Shown here in pieces: positions 38,728 through 49,366 of a stretch of DNA of 64,000 nucleotides (its first letter is position 1; each line of letters begins with the position of its first letter). The stretch lies in assembly GCA_965208105.1 (NCBI GenBank), contig OZ242318.1:3872001-3936000 (forward strand), in the 5' to 3' direction. The notes under the pieces were generated by a model. The model had not been told where the DNA came from, did no database searches, and was given only the letters and a program-made list of their open reading frames with translations. Made by a program: the position numbers and the translations under genes. This stretch comes from Candidatus Latescibacterota bacterium. Lineage in GTDB: Bacteria; Latescibacterota; UBA2968; UBA8231.

Positions 38728-41700
38728 ATGACGCGTCGACTTCATTCCGGGCTATATGAAGAATTGTTGACCTCTGCTCTGGAGGCCGAGATCGATGCCC
38801 GGACCGCGGAGGGCTGGTGGATGGATATCCGCTCGGCCGACGCAACCGTCCGACCCGAGTTCCTGGCCCGTCACGTTTATCAGCTCCTTCGCCTGGCGCT
38901 CGAAGAGATTCCCGATGAAGACGGCACCCAGTCAACCAAGCAGATCGCGCTTGCAAACCGGTTGGTGGAGGTGCTCTTCGAACATGGTGCGATGGCCGAC
39001 GACCGGGTCGCAGACACAGCGCGCCTGCTCCTGGAGGCCGTTGAACGCGGTGTGTTGGGGGTTACTCCTTCGCCAGTGCCTCGGCCGACGCTCTCTCTTC
39101 GTCGGACCGGGCTTCTTGTCAATGGACGCCGCGACGTCCAGATAGCGAGCGAGATTGCGCGGGAGATCCCAAGTGCCGATCGGGTCGATCTCCTATGCGC
39201 GTTCGTGCGTCACTCAGGGTTGCGCCTGTTCCGCTCCGAACTTGAGGAACGGGTTCGCGAGGGCGCACAGGTCAGAGTGATCGCAAGCGTCTATACCGGG
39301 TCTACCGAACGCCGGGCGCTGGACGCACTAGTCGATCTCGGGGCTCAAGTGAAGGTTTCCTACGAAATCGCGCGGACTCGGCTTCATGCCAAGGCGTGGT
39401 TGTTTCACCGCCACAGCGGTCTGCACACCGCCTATATCGGTTCGTCAAATCTCACCCACACGGCTCAGGTCGACGGCCTCGAATGGAACGTTCGGGTGAG
39501 CGCGTCCGAGAACCCCGAGGTCATCGAGCGATTCGAGGCGACCTTCGAACAGTACTGGCAAGAGCCCGAGTTCGAGAACTATACGCCCCAGAGTGACAGC
39601 GAGCGGCTCGACCACGCGCTCTCGAGACAGCGAGGCGATGCCGGAATAGGCGACAGCACTGCCCTGTCTCTTTTGGTAGACGTCGCACCGAAACCTCACC
39701 AGGCCGTCGCGTTGGAGGCCCTCGAAGCGGAGCGCCTGCGCGGGTACCACCGAAATCTCGTGGTCGCGGCGACTGGCACCGGCAAGACCTGGATTGCGGC
39801 ATTCGACTTCAAGCGGCTGCGCGACCAAGGTGAAGGCCAATCGCTGCTCTTCGTTGCGCACCGTGACGAAATCCTTCGTCAAAGCCAGCAGGTCTTCCAA
39901 CTCGTGCTGCGCGAGCCTGGGTTCGGTGAGCGGCTGGTTGGCGGCGAACGTCCACGCTCGGGTCGCCACGTCTTTGCCTCAGTGCAATCCCTTGCCAACC
40001 GTGTCGACGGCATTGAACCCGAAGGGTTCGACGTGGTCATCGTGGACGAGTTTCATCATGCAGCAGCAGCGAGCTACGAACGCCTGCTTTCGCGTTTGAA
40101 ACCGAAGATCCTTTTGGGGCTTACCGCCACGCCTGAGCGCGCCGACGGTCAGTCAATACTCGAATGGTTCGATGGCCGCATCGCCTTCGAGTCCCGGCTT
40201 TGGGATGCGCTCGACCAGGGGCTGCTCTGTCCGTTTCACTATTTCGGAGTGAACGACGCAACGGACCTCTCAACGGTACCATTCGCAGGCGGCCGATATG
40301 TTTCGAGCGAACTCGACAACGTGTTCACGGGCGATCACGTTCGAGCTGTTCGAATCCGCCAGGCCGTCGAGGAATTCGTGACGGACCCGCAAGAAATGCA
40401 GGCCTTGGGGTTCTGCGCGGGCGTCGATCACGCCCACTTCATGGCGAGCCAGTTCACAAGTTTCGGGTACCCGGCAGTGGCACTCGACGCCAGCACTCCA
40501 GTCATTGAACGACGTGCGGCGCTCGCGAGACTGCGTCAGGGGGAGCTGCGTGTCGTCTTCGCCGTCGATCTCTTTAACGAGGGTGTCGACCTGCCAGCCG
40601 TCGATACCGTGCTCATGCTTAGACCGACCGAGAGCGCCACTGTGTTTCTCCAGCAGCTGGGACGTGGATTGCGGTGGGCTGAAGGGAAGCGAGTCCTCAC
40701 CGTCCTCGACTTCGTTGGCCAAGTTCGGCGCGAGTACCGCTACGACGTGCGCTATCGGGCTCTGTTAGGGGGCACCCGCCATCAGGTCCAGCGCGCCGTC
40801 GAGGCGGACTTCCCGATGCTCCCACCGGGATGCGCGCTCAAGTTGGACCGAATTGCCAAGGAGACGGTGCTGCGCAACATGAGAGAGGCAGTGCTCAACG
40901 CCCGTCCACGTCTCGCCGATGACTTGCGTGCTCTCGGCCCTGAAACACGACTTGGCGGTTTCATGCGGGACGCTGGGGTCGAACTCGAAGATATTTACGC
41001 GCGGCCAGGATCAGGACACTGCTTTACCGAGCTCCGCCGGCGGGCTGGTTTCGTGCAAAGCCCCTGCCTGCCTGCGGTGGATGACGCTATCTACAAGGCC
41101 ATCGGCCGACTTATCCACGTGGACGATCCCGAGCGGATTGAGGCGTGGCGAGACCTCCTGCAGGCCGATAATTCCGACCAGATATCGAGGCTCGAGGGCC
41201 GTAAGCATCGTTTGGGCCTCATGTTGTTTGCCATTCTTGGTGGGCGTCGCCAGTCCATCGACGAGACCGATCGGGTCTTGGAAAAGATCCGCGGTTCTGC
41301 AGAGTTGCGCCGTGAGATCGGCGACCTACTGGAAATCGTTGCCGATCGTATTCGTACGGTCTCTCGTCCGCTCGATCCGGCCAGCGACGTTCCCCTGGCA
41401 AGCCACGCCACTTATACCCTCGGGGAGATCGTCGCGGCGCACAGGCACACCGATAAGCGCGGTGCGCTGGTCTTTCCACAAGGCGGGGTCCTTTGGAACA
41501 AGGCCACGCAGACGGATCTCCTGTTTGTTACGCTGGAAAAGTCAGACAGGGACTACTCCCCAACGACACGCTACGCCGATTACCCTATCTCGCCGACCTT
41601 GTTTCATTGGGAGTCACAGAACACCGCGTCACCCGATACGCCCACCGGATTCCGCTACATCGAACAACCGGCCCAAGGCACGAATGTCATTCTGTTTGTG

Positions 41701-41865
41701 CGCGAACGAAAAAAGGATGGCAGGGGGGAAACTCTTCCGTACCAATGCCTCGGCCCTGCCCATTTCCGAAGCCATGAGTCGGAACGACCCATGAAGATTC
41801 TGTGGGAGCTGGAACGTCCGATGCCTGGATGGCTGTATCAGGCGGGGAAAGTGGTCGCGGGTTGA
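38728..41865 (+). CDS. PLD nuclease - SF2 helicase - DUF3427 protein (SauUSI-like restriction enzyme)
   Basis: LHAK...GSSNLT...EWN PLD motif; ATGTGKT, DEFHH, LTATPER, QQLGRGLR; C-terminal FVTLEK..YADY..FHWESQ. Confidence 0.88.
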   Translation: MTRRLHSGLYEELLTSALEAEIDARTAEGWWMDIRSADATVRPEFLARHVYQLLRLALEEIPDEDGTQSTKQIALANRLVEVLFEHGAMADDRVADTARLLLEAVERGVLGVTPSPVPRPTLSLRRTGLLVNGRRDVQIASEIAREIPSADRVDLLCAFVRHSGLRLFRSELEERVREGAQVRVIASVYTGSTERRALDALVDLGAQVKVSYEIARTRLHAKAWLFHRHSGLHTAYIGSSNLTHTAQVDGLEWNVRVSASENPEVIERFEATFEQYWQEPEFENYTPQSDSERLDHALSRQRGDAGIGDSTALSLLVDVAPKPHQAVALEALEAERLRGYHRNLVVAATGTGKTWIAAFDFKRLRDQGEGQSLLFVAHRDEILRQSQQVFQLVLREPGFGERLVGGERPRSGRHVFASVQSLANRVDGIEPEGFDVVIVDEFHHAAAASYERLLSRLKPKILLGLTATPERADGQSILEWFDGRIAFESRLWDALDQGLLCPFHYFGVNDATDLSTVPFAGGRYVSSELDNVFTGDHVRAVRIRQAVEEFVTDPQEMQALGFCAGVDHAHFMASQFTSFGYPAVALDASTPVIERRAALARLRQGELRVVFAVDLFNEGVDLPAVDTVLMLRPTESATVFLQQLGRGLRWAEGKRVLTVLDFVGQVRREYRYDVRYRALLGGTRHQVQRAVEADFPMLPPGCALKLDRIAKETVLRNMREAVLNARPRLADDLRALGPETRLGGFMRDAGVELEDIYARPGSGHCFTELRRRAGFVQSPCLPAVDDAIYKAIGRLIHVDDPERIEAWRDLLQADNSDQISRLEGRKHRLGLMLFAILGGRRQSIDETDRVLEKIRGSAELRREIGDLLEIVADRIRTVSRPLDPASDVPLASHATYTLGEIVAAHRHTDKRGALVFPQGGVLWNKATQTDLLFVTLEKSDRDYSPTTRYADYPISPTLFHWESQNTASPDTPTGFRYIEQPAQGTNVILFVRERKKDGRGETLPYQCLGPAHFRSHESERPMKILWELERPMPGWLYQAGKVVAG

Positions 41866-42173
41866 GAAATTGATATGAGACCACCGATTTCTTTCCAGAG
41901 CGAGATCCTGGGGGACCTCGTGGATTTCTCATCCGGGTCTGCCGCTCCGCTGTTGTTCTTCCCGCCGGGGAGAACAATTTCGTGCCGCGTGGGCGAATCC
42001 CGGTAGAGTTCGATTCAATCAGCAGTTGAGCGGCGTCGGCCGCCAGAAGCGAGCAGAACGAGTAGTAGAGGTCGATTTTTTGGCAACTGTCATCTGTCGA
42101 AACCACCAAGCAATTTTGGCCCGAAACAAACCGACGGACCTCACGCCTCTATGTCGCACGGGATCGAGCACCG

Positions 42174-45100
42174 TCAGCTCGCCTCTCCGGAGAGAATCTC
42201 CCAGACCCGCTTATATCCGGTGCCGGACAGCGGGGCGTCCTCCGGTCTCACCCCGTCCCATTCATCGGCGTCCAGTCCCTGCAGGAAACGCCGCGCTGCT
42301 CCCACCGAATACCGCCCCTCATCCTCACCGGTGACATCCCGGTAAAGACTCCCCAACGCCTCCGCCGCGCTACGCGGGGCGGCATTCATTCGCATTAGTA
42401 CCGCATCTTCGCTGCTAACACCGTGATAGATCATGGCGGGCAGGGCGTTGATCCGTCGCTTGTCGACTTCGGAAAGCGCGTCGAAATCGATCCCCGACAC
42501 CCGACTCAGCGCCGAAACACCCCATGTTCCGCTGTTGACAATGGTGCGATAGATCGCCCTGCACGCATCCGTCAGGGCGGCTGTGCCCACTTCGTCGTCG
42601 TTCTTGCGGCTGAAATACTCCCTCGCGATCTCTTCCAGACCCCTTCCGTTCACCCAGTCGTTGGTGATCTCGGAAATCCGGCTCCGGTCGAACCCTTGCC
42701 CCCCCAACTCGACCAAGTCCTGCTTGAGCTGCGGCACCCTCAACATGACCCCGAACAGGTCCGCCATTCTACTTCCGCTCCCGAACAGGCTCTCCGGCGC
42801 CCAGTCCGACACGGTGAGCCTGCTCTCCAGATTGCCGATGCCGCCCATTGCCGCCCGGACACCTTCCGGCGAGAACCCGGTGGAATCTGCAAGCTCCGCG
42901 ATGCCCTGAGGCATTTCGGCGAGCTCGCGAGCGTAGCTATGCGTCGCATCAAGAAGGGCATCCGCCTTCTGTCTCTGCTGGGGATCGTTCCGCATCGAGG
43001 TATATCCGTAGGTCTGCCTCAGAAGCTGCTCGGAATCCGCAAGGACCGCATCCAGGTTTTTCTTCTCCGCCCACAGGTGTGCGATGTAGCAGCGAAAATC
43101 CTCCCACTGATCCTTCCAGAGCACATCCGACAGCTGCGCCAACGACCCCTGCGCTGCCAGCTCGTCCAGAAGCACAACGAGACGGGAGACGAGCGCACCG
43201 GTGTTGCGGCTCACGAACTTGATCAAGGCATCGCGATCGGTTCCCTCGGACAGCCCGACTACACCGACGCTGTCGTGACCGATCCGTCCTGCGCGCCCAG
43301 CGAGGTTCCAGAACTCCCGCGGCGCGATCTCCACCGATCTCGTCCCCTGCGGCACATAGCGCGAGGACAGAAAGACCGACGACACCGGAAAGTTGATGCC
43401 CTGGGCGATCGTCGACGTCGCGCACAGCATTCGCAGGCTGCCCGTCTCCGCAAGCCACTCCATCAGCGCCCGGACATCATCGGACAGCCCCGCATGGTGC
43501 ACACCCACGCCCTTCTCGAGCATGCCGACCAGCCTGAAGTCGACGCTGATCTCGGTGCGCAGGAAGTCCTGAACCAGCCTTATGTCCGGCGGCACTTCCT
43601 CCATCTCGGGAAGGCTCCGCGCCGCTTCCCCCGCCATCTTCCAGACCGTGTGAATGTTGTTGGCCACCGCAACACTCGTGCCTCGCGCCGACATCACCGC
43701 GCCAATCGCCGCCGTCTGAAGTCCAAGCCCCTTCTGTGAGCCCTTCGCAAGCACCTGGCTCTTTGGCACGTCGATCGGCTTTACACCTCCCACGCGGTGC
43801 GTTCCGTGAAGCGGCATCGCTTTCTCGCTAGCCGTCAGCGTCTCGAAATCGAGGTGCCAACCCCCGCGCACGCTGTCATCGGCCACCGCCCGGTAAAGGC
43901 CGATGATTCGCTCGTTCGGCTTCCACGGAACCGTACCGAGGCTGATCGCGTTCCCCGCGTCGATGTCCTGCGCAAGCCAGCGCGCTACCGACTCAGCTCC
44001 CTCCACGTACGGCATCAGCAGGAGGAAGTTTGCCTGCGGGCAATCCCGCTTTACGGTCGCCAGCAACAGCTCGATCCGCAGGCCCCGGCCTTCCGCCTCC
44101 AGATTGTGGGCTTCGTCCATCACCACCAGCGCGAGAGGACGATCCACCTTGCTGTTTCGAATCACCAGCGACAGCTTCTCGGGCGTCGCGACCAGGATGT
44201 CGAACGGCTCGTTCCTGTCGGCCAGTAGCTCTTCCTCGAAGGCGTCCACCTCAACGGCTGCAGTCAACTGCTCAACACGCAGCCCGATCGGCTCGAAGTC
44301 CGTGCGAAGGCGCCGTGTGACCTGCGCCGACAGCGCACGGGTCGGCGCCACATAGACGACCCATCCCCCGTCGACCTGGAACTGATTCAGCGCCTGGAGG
44401 ATGCGGAACTGCGCGAGCAGCGTCTTCCCGCCAGAGGTGGGCAGATCGACCACGATCGCGGTCTTCGCCTGGTCGAGAAGCCCCTGTTCGAGCAGGGCGG
44501 CGCGCTGTGGCGGCAATAGCTCGAACATCGCCTGATGCTCCCGTTGCGTCAGCGAGCGCACGAATTCCGAGGTCTTCGAATTGACCGTCCGCGTCGCCCA
44601 CCAAAGAGAATTAGTCACCATGATGCGTGACGTCGCGTGCAGCCATCGCAGAACCACTTCGTGCTGCGCATCCCCCGAAGCGGCCGCCGCCTTGATTCCC
44701 GCCTCGAAGTGCTTGTCCAGCGTACCGAACGGATCGCCCGGTTCGCCTTGGAGCATGTATCTCGCGAGCGTCTCCGTCGCCTTCGCCCAGTTGTAAAGAG
44801 CCGCCAACCGCAGTGCGATTGCCCGGTCCACCGCCTCCGAACCGTTTCGCAGACGACGTTCTTCATGGATTCTCTGGTCATCACGAAGGCCGGAGATGAT
44901 CTCGCGGATGCGATCCAGATCGTCCCAGCCATCCTTGCGGAAAAGCCGGACCCAGCAATCGTACAGCCTGTATAGGAGCCTGCGGTCCCATTCCGCATCC
45001 GCCACACTCGGCGCCTTCAGGGCCTCTCCCTGCTCCCGATACCAGCGCCGTAAGTCAGACCAGCGATCGCCGCAATAGGCGATGGCGGAGAGCTGAAGCA

Positions 45101-45452
45101 CGAAGAACAGGCGATCCAGCGTCTCCTCCGGGACGGGAAGCAGGCGGCGGATGTCGAAGGCACGGAACGAAGCCGCCACTGCCTGGTCTCTGAGGCGCAG
45201 GTTATCCCCCGCCGGGCGACTCAACTCATCGAGCCCCTCGATGGCGGCGAGCTCGAAGGCGAGCGCCACGCGCACCAGGAACGGTTCTTCGTCAGAGCTT
45301 CCCGCGAAGGAAAAGCTGATCTGCCTGCCGACTGCTCGCTTTGCCAGCCGCTGGCCGACCAGTTCCCCCGCACGCTCCAACTCATCGGTCCCGATGGCAG
45401 CGACCGCCCAATGTTCGCTCAGCGCCTCCAATGCTCCAGTAGACAGGCTCAT
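42174..45452 (-). CDS. hamB: Ski2-like DEAH helicase, Hachiman HamB-like
   Basis: PTSGGKT, MDEAH, VHHAGL, STIAQGINFP, NLAGRAGR; helical N-terminus; ATGA-coupled to the upstream nuclease gene. Confidence 0.72.
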   Translation of the reverse strand: MSLSTGALEALSEHWAVAAIGTDELERAGELVGQRLAKRAVGRQISFSFAGSSDEEPFLVRVALAFELAAIEGLDELSRPAGDNLRLRDQAVAASFRAFDIRRLLPVPEETLDRLFFVLQLSAIAYCGDRWSDLRRWYREQGEALKAPSVADAEWDRRLLYRLYDCWVRLFRKDGWDDLDRIREIISGLRDDQRIHEERRLRNGSEAVDRAIALRLAALYNWAKATETLARYMLQGEPGDPFGTLDKHFEAGIKAAAASGDAQHEVVLRWLHATSRIMVTNSLWWATRTVNSKTSEFVRSLTQREHQAMFELLPPQRAALLEQGLLDQAKTAIVVDLPTSGGKTLLAQFRILQALNQFQVDGGWVVYVAPTRALSAQVTRRLRTDFEPIGLRVEQLTAAVEVDAFEEELLADRNEPFDILVATPEKLSLVIRNSKVDRPLALVVMDEAHNLEAEGRGLRIELLLATVKRDCPQANFLLLMPYVEGAESVARWLAQDIDAGNAISLGTVPWKPNERIIGLYRAVADDSVRGGWHLDFETLTASEKAMPLHGTHRVGGVKPIDVPKSQVLAKGSQKGLGLQTAAIGAVMSARGTSVAVANNIHTVWKMAGEAARSLPEMEEVPPDIRLVQDFLRTEISVDFRLVGMLEKGVGVHHAGLSDDVRALMEWLAETGSLRMLCATSTIAQGINFPVSSVFLSSRYVPQGTRSVEIAPREFWNLAGRAGRIGHDSVGVVGLSEGTDRDALIKFVSRNTGALVSRLVVLLDELAAQGSLAQLSDVLWKDQWEDFRCYIAHLWAEKKNLDAVLADSEQLLRQTYGYTSMRNDPQQRQKADALLDATHSYARELAEMPQGIAELADSTGFSPEGVRAAMGGIGNLESRLTVSDWAPESLFGSGSRMADLFGVMLRVPQLKQDLVELGGQGFDRSRISEITNDWVNGRGLEEIAREYFSRKNDDEVGTAALTDACRAIYRTIVNSGTWGVSALSRVSGIDFDALSEVDKRRINALPAMIYHGVSSEDAVLMRMNAAPRSAAEALGSLYRDVTGEDEGRYSVGAARRFLQGLDADEWDGVRPEDAPLSGTGYKRVWEILSGEAS

Positions 45453-46246
45453 CGTTCCGCTCCTGACCGCCTCAGAACCATCGCCTCCCCAATGCCATCC
45501 AGGCTCTCATGTGGCAGGTAGAGCGCCAGCAGCTCGATACGCGTTCCCTCCCCAGAACCCAACGCAAGACCACTGACTCGCGCCCTCAAGTCATCCCGAT
45601 GGGGTTCCACGTCGCGAACAAGGAATCCGTAGAGTTGAACGTCGGACGTGTTTTTCAGATACCTGCTTGCCGCACGCTTGAACCGAGTTTCCCATGGCGC
45701 CGATCCGGCCCGGTGACCGAGATACTTCAGGAGATCGTCGCGGACTGCCTGGCTGTCGCGCAGATCTTCCAATTGCCGCTTCAATCCGGTCCGCCCGTAC
45801 ATCGCTCTTGGAGGGTAGCTGGGATCGCTCGATGTCTTCACTTCACCGAAAGCGAGACAGTCGCCGTTGTCGTCACTCCCGAACCCTGCCAGATCGGCGC
45901 CCGGCAGGCTGGACCCGCTCTTTCTCTCGTCCCGTCCGTCCGGCCAGGGAAAGCTGCACGATCGGTGGTCTGTCAGATAGACCTCGGCAATCGCTTCGCC
46001 GACCCGCCAGTCCTCGACTGCATCCGGATCCTCCAGCACGCGTCGAAGGCCGTCCTGGGCAAAGTTCGTCTCGGCCACTTCCGTAAGAATTCCCTCGAGG
46101 TTCGCCTTGCCCTCATCATCGAAGAGCACAGCGGACAACGGACCGTCCATCGCAGCATTCAATTCTGCATCTGACCATCGCAGGCCAACCCCGAAACAGG
46201 GGGCCTCACCGGTATCGTAGACAACTTCTCCTGCCCCGATGGTCAC
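45449..46246 (-). CDS. hamA: PD-(D/E)xK nuclease-like protein, Hachiman HamA-like
   Basis: VGEAIAE...PGADLAG...FGEVKT catalytic pattern; overlaps the helicase start. Confidence 0.65.
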   Translation of the reverse strand: MTIGAGEVVYDTGEAPCFGVGLRWSDAELNAAMDGPLSAVLFDDEGKANLEGILTEVAETNFAQDGLRRVLEDPDAVEDWRVGEAIAEVYLTDHRSCSFPWPDGRDERKSGSSLPGADLAGFGSDDNGDCLAFGEVKTSSDPSYPPRAMYGRTGLKRQLEDLRDSQAVRDDLLKYLGHRAGSAPWETRFKRAASRYLKNTSDVQLYGFLVRDVEPHRDDLRARVSGLALGSGEGTRIELLALYLPHESLDGIGEAMVLRRSGAER

Positions 46247-46869
46247 CGGCGCCCACCCGCCACACAGGCAAGCTTAATGTTCCGCCCTGGAAACCGCACC
46301 CTTTCGGTGTGCTCGTCCACCACGGTACCCGACACTAATCGCGCTGGATGTTCAACACCGTTCCACTCCATGAAACAGAATCCCTTCAAGAGTGCCCTTG
46401 ATTCAACCCCGTGTCTGCGCTGACCACCGTCAGCTGCATCGCACATCTGCCGAACATGAAGGATCGCCCCCTGTGTCGTCGATGTCTTATGTCTCCCCTG
46501 ATGGGTGAGTGACGAACCAGATAGGCAATATAGGTGCTCGAATGTTCACATGCAAGTTCAGGCGTCGGCAGGTACCGGGGAACCTTGACCTGGTGCAAGT
46601 CCGGCTCGAAACTCAGTCCTTCGCGCACTAGGGACTCCCAGCAGGCACAACTGACCAAGCGAGGATGCCCAGCAGCTCTACTCTCAGTCCGTCGATTGCA
46701 GGAACCTCCGCCTCCTCCGGCGAGCCCAGCTCAGGGCATTCATGGCGAGGGGCCCCTCTGATGGCGTTCTCATCGTCCTCAACAACCTCCTTCAGGGCCA
46801 GAACCGCCGGCTCCAGGGCGGCGCCCGCGGCAGTTGCACAGTGGAACACAGGATGACGATCGACCAGAG

Positions 46870-47177
46870 AAGCCATTTGCCTGGCGCGCTCCATGTCGGG
46901 ACAAATGCTCTTCACGGTCAACCAGAACTTCTCCGAATGATCTGGAATGACCAAATGCACGAAATCGGGCGCGAGGATGAGGTGCCAATTGAAGGACAGG
47001 TTGCTGCTGGACGAGCAGTTGCCCCATTTCGTGCGCTAGCTCATAATGTAGATCCGACCGGGCTCTTCGCCAATGTGCGCGGTCACCGCAGGCAGGTAGT
47101 CCGCGCTGGTAGATCGGAATTATGAATTGCGGTGATTTTCTCAAGAATGCCAGCAAGTTGGCCGCAGTGGCTTTCAT
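46870..47177 (-). pseudogene. Chimeric remnant: DUF262 (GmrSD-like) N-terminus joined to a YgjP/M48 metallopeptidase fragment
   Basis: MKATAANLLAFLRKSPQFIIPIYQR (DUF262 start), then in another frame RTKWGNCSS..LSFNWHLILAP..HSEKFW (YgjP-like) with a stop and no HExxH. Confidence 0.65.
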
Positions 47178-47380
47178 CGAGTTTTCCTCTAGGACTTGGT
47201 TAGGGTCTGTTCCCCGGAGCCTTGGATGATGCTTGGAACCGAGATGTCTCTGTGTCAGGAACGCTCACCTTTGATTCGCCCTAACCTCGATTTCAGCAAC
47301 CCTTTCCATCAAGTCGGCGAACTGCTCTTCGTCGTCGAGTAACATCCCATCGCTGAGCATCCTCGCGTAATCGTCGGCTA

Positions 47381-48536
47381 GTGCTCTGTTAAGGATTCAG
47401 GCTTGTACTTTTTCGTACATGTTGGTATCATGGGGACATATGTCCATTTTTCTGGGAGGGTCCTGCCATGTGCCTCCATGCTCGAACACCGGATGCTGCC
47501 GAATCGAAAGAACTGGGCCGATGGCTGAAGCGGCCACGCAATGCCGTACAGATGCGACGAGGGCAATTGATCTCCCTCAGTGCCCAGGGTATGCGGGTCC
47601 AGGAGCTGTCGGCGACGCTGCATCTGCACGAGGAATACATCCGCTCCCTGGTCCGACGATACAACGAGGAAGGGCTGGCGTCGCTTCGCACGCGAGCCCA
47701 CCCGGGGCGCACCCCAGCGCTGACGCCCGAAGACGAGTCCGTGGTGGTGGAGATCGCCAAGATGCCCCCTCGGGCTTTCGGCCAACCCTTCAACCAGTGG
47801 TCGCTGCGCAAGCTGACCGACTGTCTGGTCGGGCGCAAGATGATCCCCAAGGTCTCGCACGTGACCATCGCCAAGGTCTTGGACCGGCATAAGGTCACCT
47901 ACCAACGTACCCGCACCTGGAAGGAGTCGAAGGATCCGGATTTCTCCTCGAAAAAAAACGCATCGACCGCCTCTACCGGCGTGCGCCGAAGGACTCGGTC
48001 GTAGTCTGCTTCGACGAAATGGGGCCCGTGCAGATCAAGCCCCATGCCGGCTCCTCCTGGGCGCCGCAGAAGCACCCGGTGCGGCACCGAGCCACCTACA
48101 CCCGGCACGCCGGGGTCAGCTATTTCTTCGGCGCCTACAACGTCCACGAGGACGTCCTGTGGATGCATCACAAGCGAAAGAAGCACGCCTCGGAGGTGCT
48201 CACTTTCCTCAAGGCCATCCGGCACCGCTACCGCAAGGCCCAACGCATCTACCTCGTTCTGGACAATTTGTCGACGCACGCGACCCCAAAGATTCGGCAA
48301 TGGTGTCGGCAGCATCGAGTCTCCCTCGTCTTCACCGCTACCAACGCCTCCTGGATGAACCGTCTCGAATGCCATCTGACCGCCGCCCACTACTTCGTCA
48401 TCAAGAACAGCGACCCAAGGGACCATCGAGACATCGGCCAGCGCATGCAGGAATACCTCGTATGGAGAAATCGAAACCAGGACGATGCCAAGCTCGCCAA
48501 AATACAAAATTCAATGCCCACTCTTTAACAGCGCAC
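47381..48536 (+). mobile_element. IS630-family insertion sequence
   Basis: IRs GTGCTCTGTTAA / TTAACAGCGCAC; TA duplication within a CTAG target at both ends. Confidence 0.92.
47468..48528 (+). CDS. IS630 transposase, two ORFs probably joined by a -1 frameshift
   Basis: HTH ORF 47468-48004 (WSLRKL, RTWKESKDPDF); A8 run near 47951; DDE part FDEMG, VLDNLSTH, SWMNRLE. Confidence 0.88.
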
Positions 48537-48660
48537 TAGTGCCTCGTAAGCCAAGCCACGGGGCACCAGTTGCAATGCACCCGTTACTGCCGCCTCGTAG
48601 TCGATCCAACGTCCCAGGGCGTCCCGCTGGTCTTCGAGCGAGAGTGACTGAAACGACGGG

Positions 48661-49257
48661 TCAGCCATTGGCCACCAGTGCGCTTACGTGCCCTGCCATC
48701 CAGGCAGGCATTACAGCACGCGATGCAGCCAACTCCTGAAAGTCCTCCGCTGAGAGCTTGCCACCTATCTTTTCCAGGCCAGCCTCCACCTCATCGGGAC
48801 CCAGCCAGGACAGTGCGCGCACTACTTCGCCGGCCGGCCGATGAGGCGCTGCCAACTGCCAGCGGGGTGCATGGCGCAACTCCACCGTCAACTCGCCGAG
48901 CCTCAGCTTGCGGCTGCGTCCGGAGGTCAGGTAAACCGACCGCACCGGCACTTGCGTTGTCAGTCCAAGGGCGTTGGCCGCTGCGCCGCCACATGGTACA
49001 ATCGTCTCGCCCCAGAGTTCGGCCAGCGATGCGATTACCTTTCCGACGGCAGGTGGACGTGGACCGAAGCGGGTCTGTATGGGCTGCACGTATATCCCCT
49101 GGCAAACTCGCATGAGTTCTCCCTTGCGGGAAAGGCGAGACAGCGCCTGGTCGACGGCCGCTCTGCTTCCCAAATGCAACAACGCTCTTGGGCACAGTAG
49201 CGTGCCCTCCGGCGACTCGGCAGCGTGGCTCATGATCTGAGATGGGAGGTTTCGCAC
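48661..49257 (-). CDS. DUF6088 family AbiEi-like antitoxin
   Basis: GSRAAVDQALSRL, GAAAANALGLTTQVP..YLTSGRSR. Confidence 0.85.
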   Translation of the reverse strand: MRNLPSQIMSHAAESPEGTLLCPRALLHLGSRAAVDQALSRLSRKGELMRVCQGIYVQPIQTRFGPRPPAVGKVIASLAELWGETIVPCGGAAANALGLTTQVPVRSVYLTSGRSRKLRLGELTVELRHAPRWQLAAPHRPAGEVVRALSWLGPDEVEAGLEKIGGKLSAEDFQELAASRAVMPAWMAGHVSALVANG

Positions 49258-49366
49258 GAATATAACCTATGTGAAATGTCAGAAATATCTCTCATTAACT
49301 GACGACCTGCAAGGGACGGTTTTGCTCTGAGCACAAACCCCCATTTCGGCCATCGCTAGCATTGCG

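Larger units (their letters stand above)
47265..48668 (-). pseudogene. abiEii: AbiEii nucleotidyltransferase toxin, internally deleted and split by IS630
   Basis: Removing the IS restores an 81-aa frame MADPSFQSLSLEDQRDALG|RWIDYEAAVTGALQLVP..YEAL|ADDYARMLSDGML..; start overlaps the DUF6088 gene stop; catalytic core absent. Confidence 0.75.

Noticed and set aside
41876-42007. Short ORF with LGDLVDFSSG resembling an HsdS N-terminus
   Set aside because: About 10 residues of similarity only; could be chance
47951-47958. Split IS630 transposase as a pseudogene
   Set aside because: The A8 run at the KKN junction is the usual programmed frameshift site in IS630, and the IRs are intact
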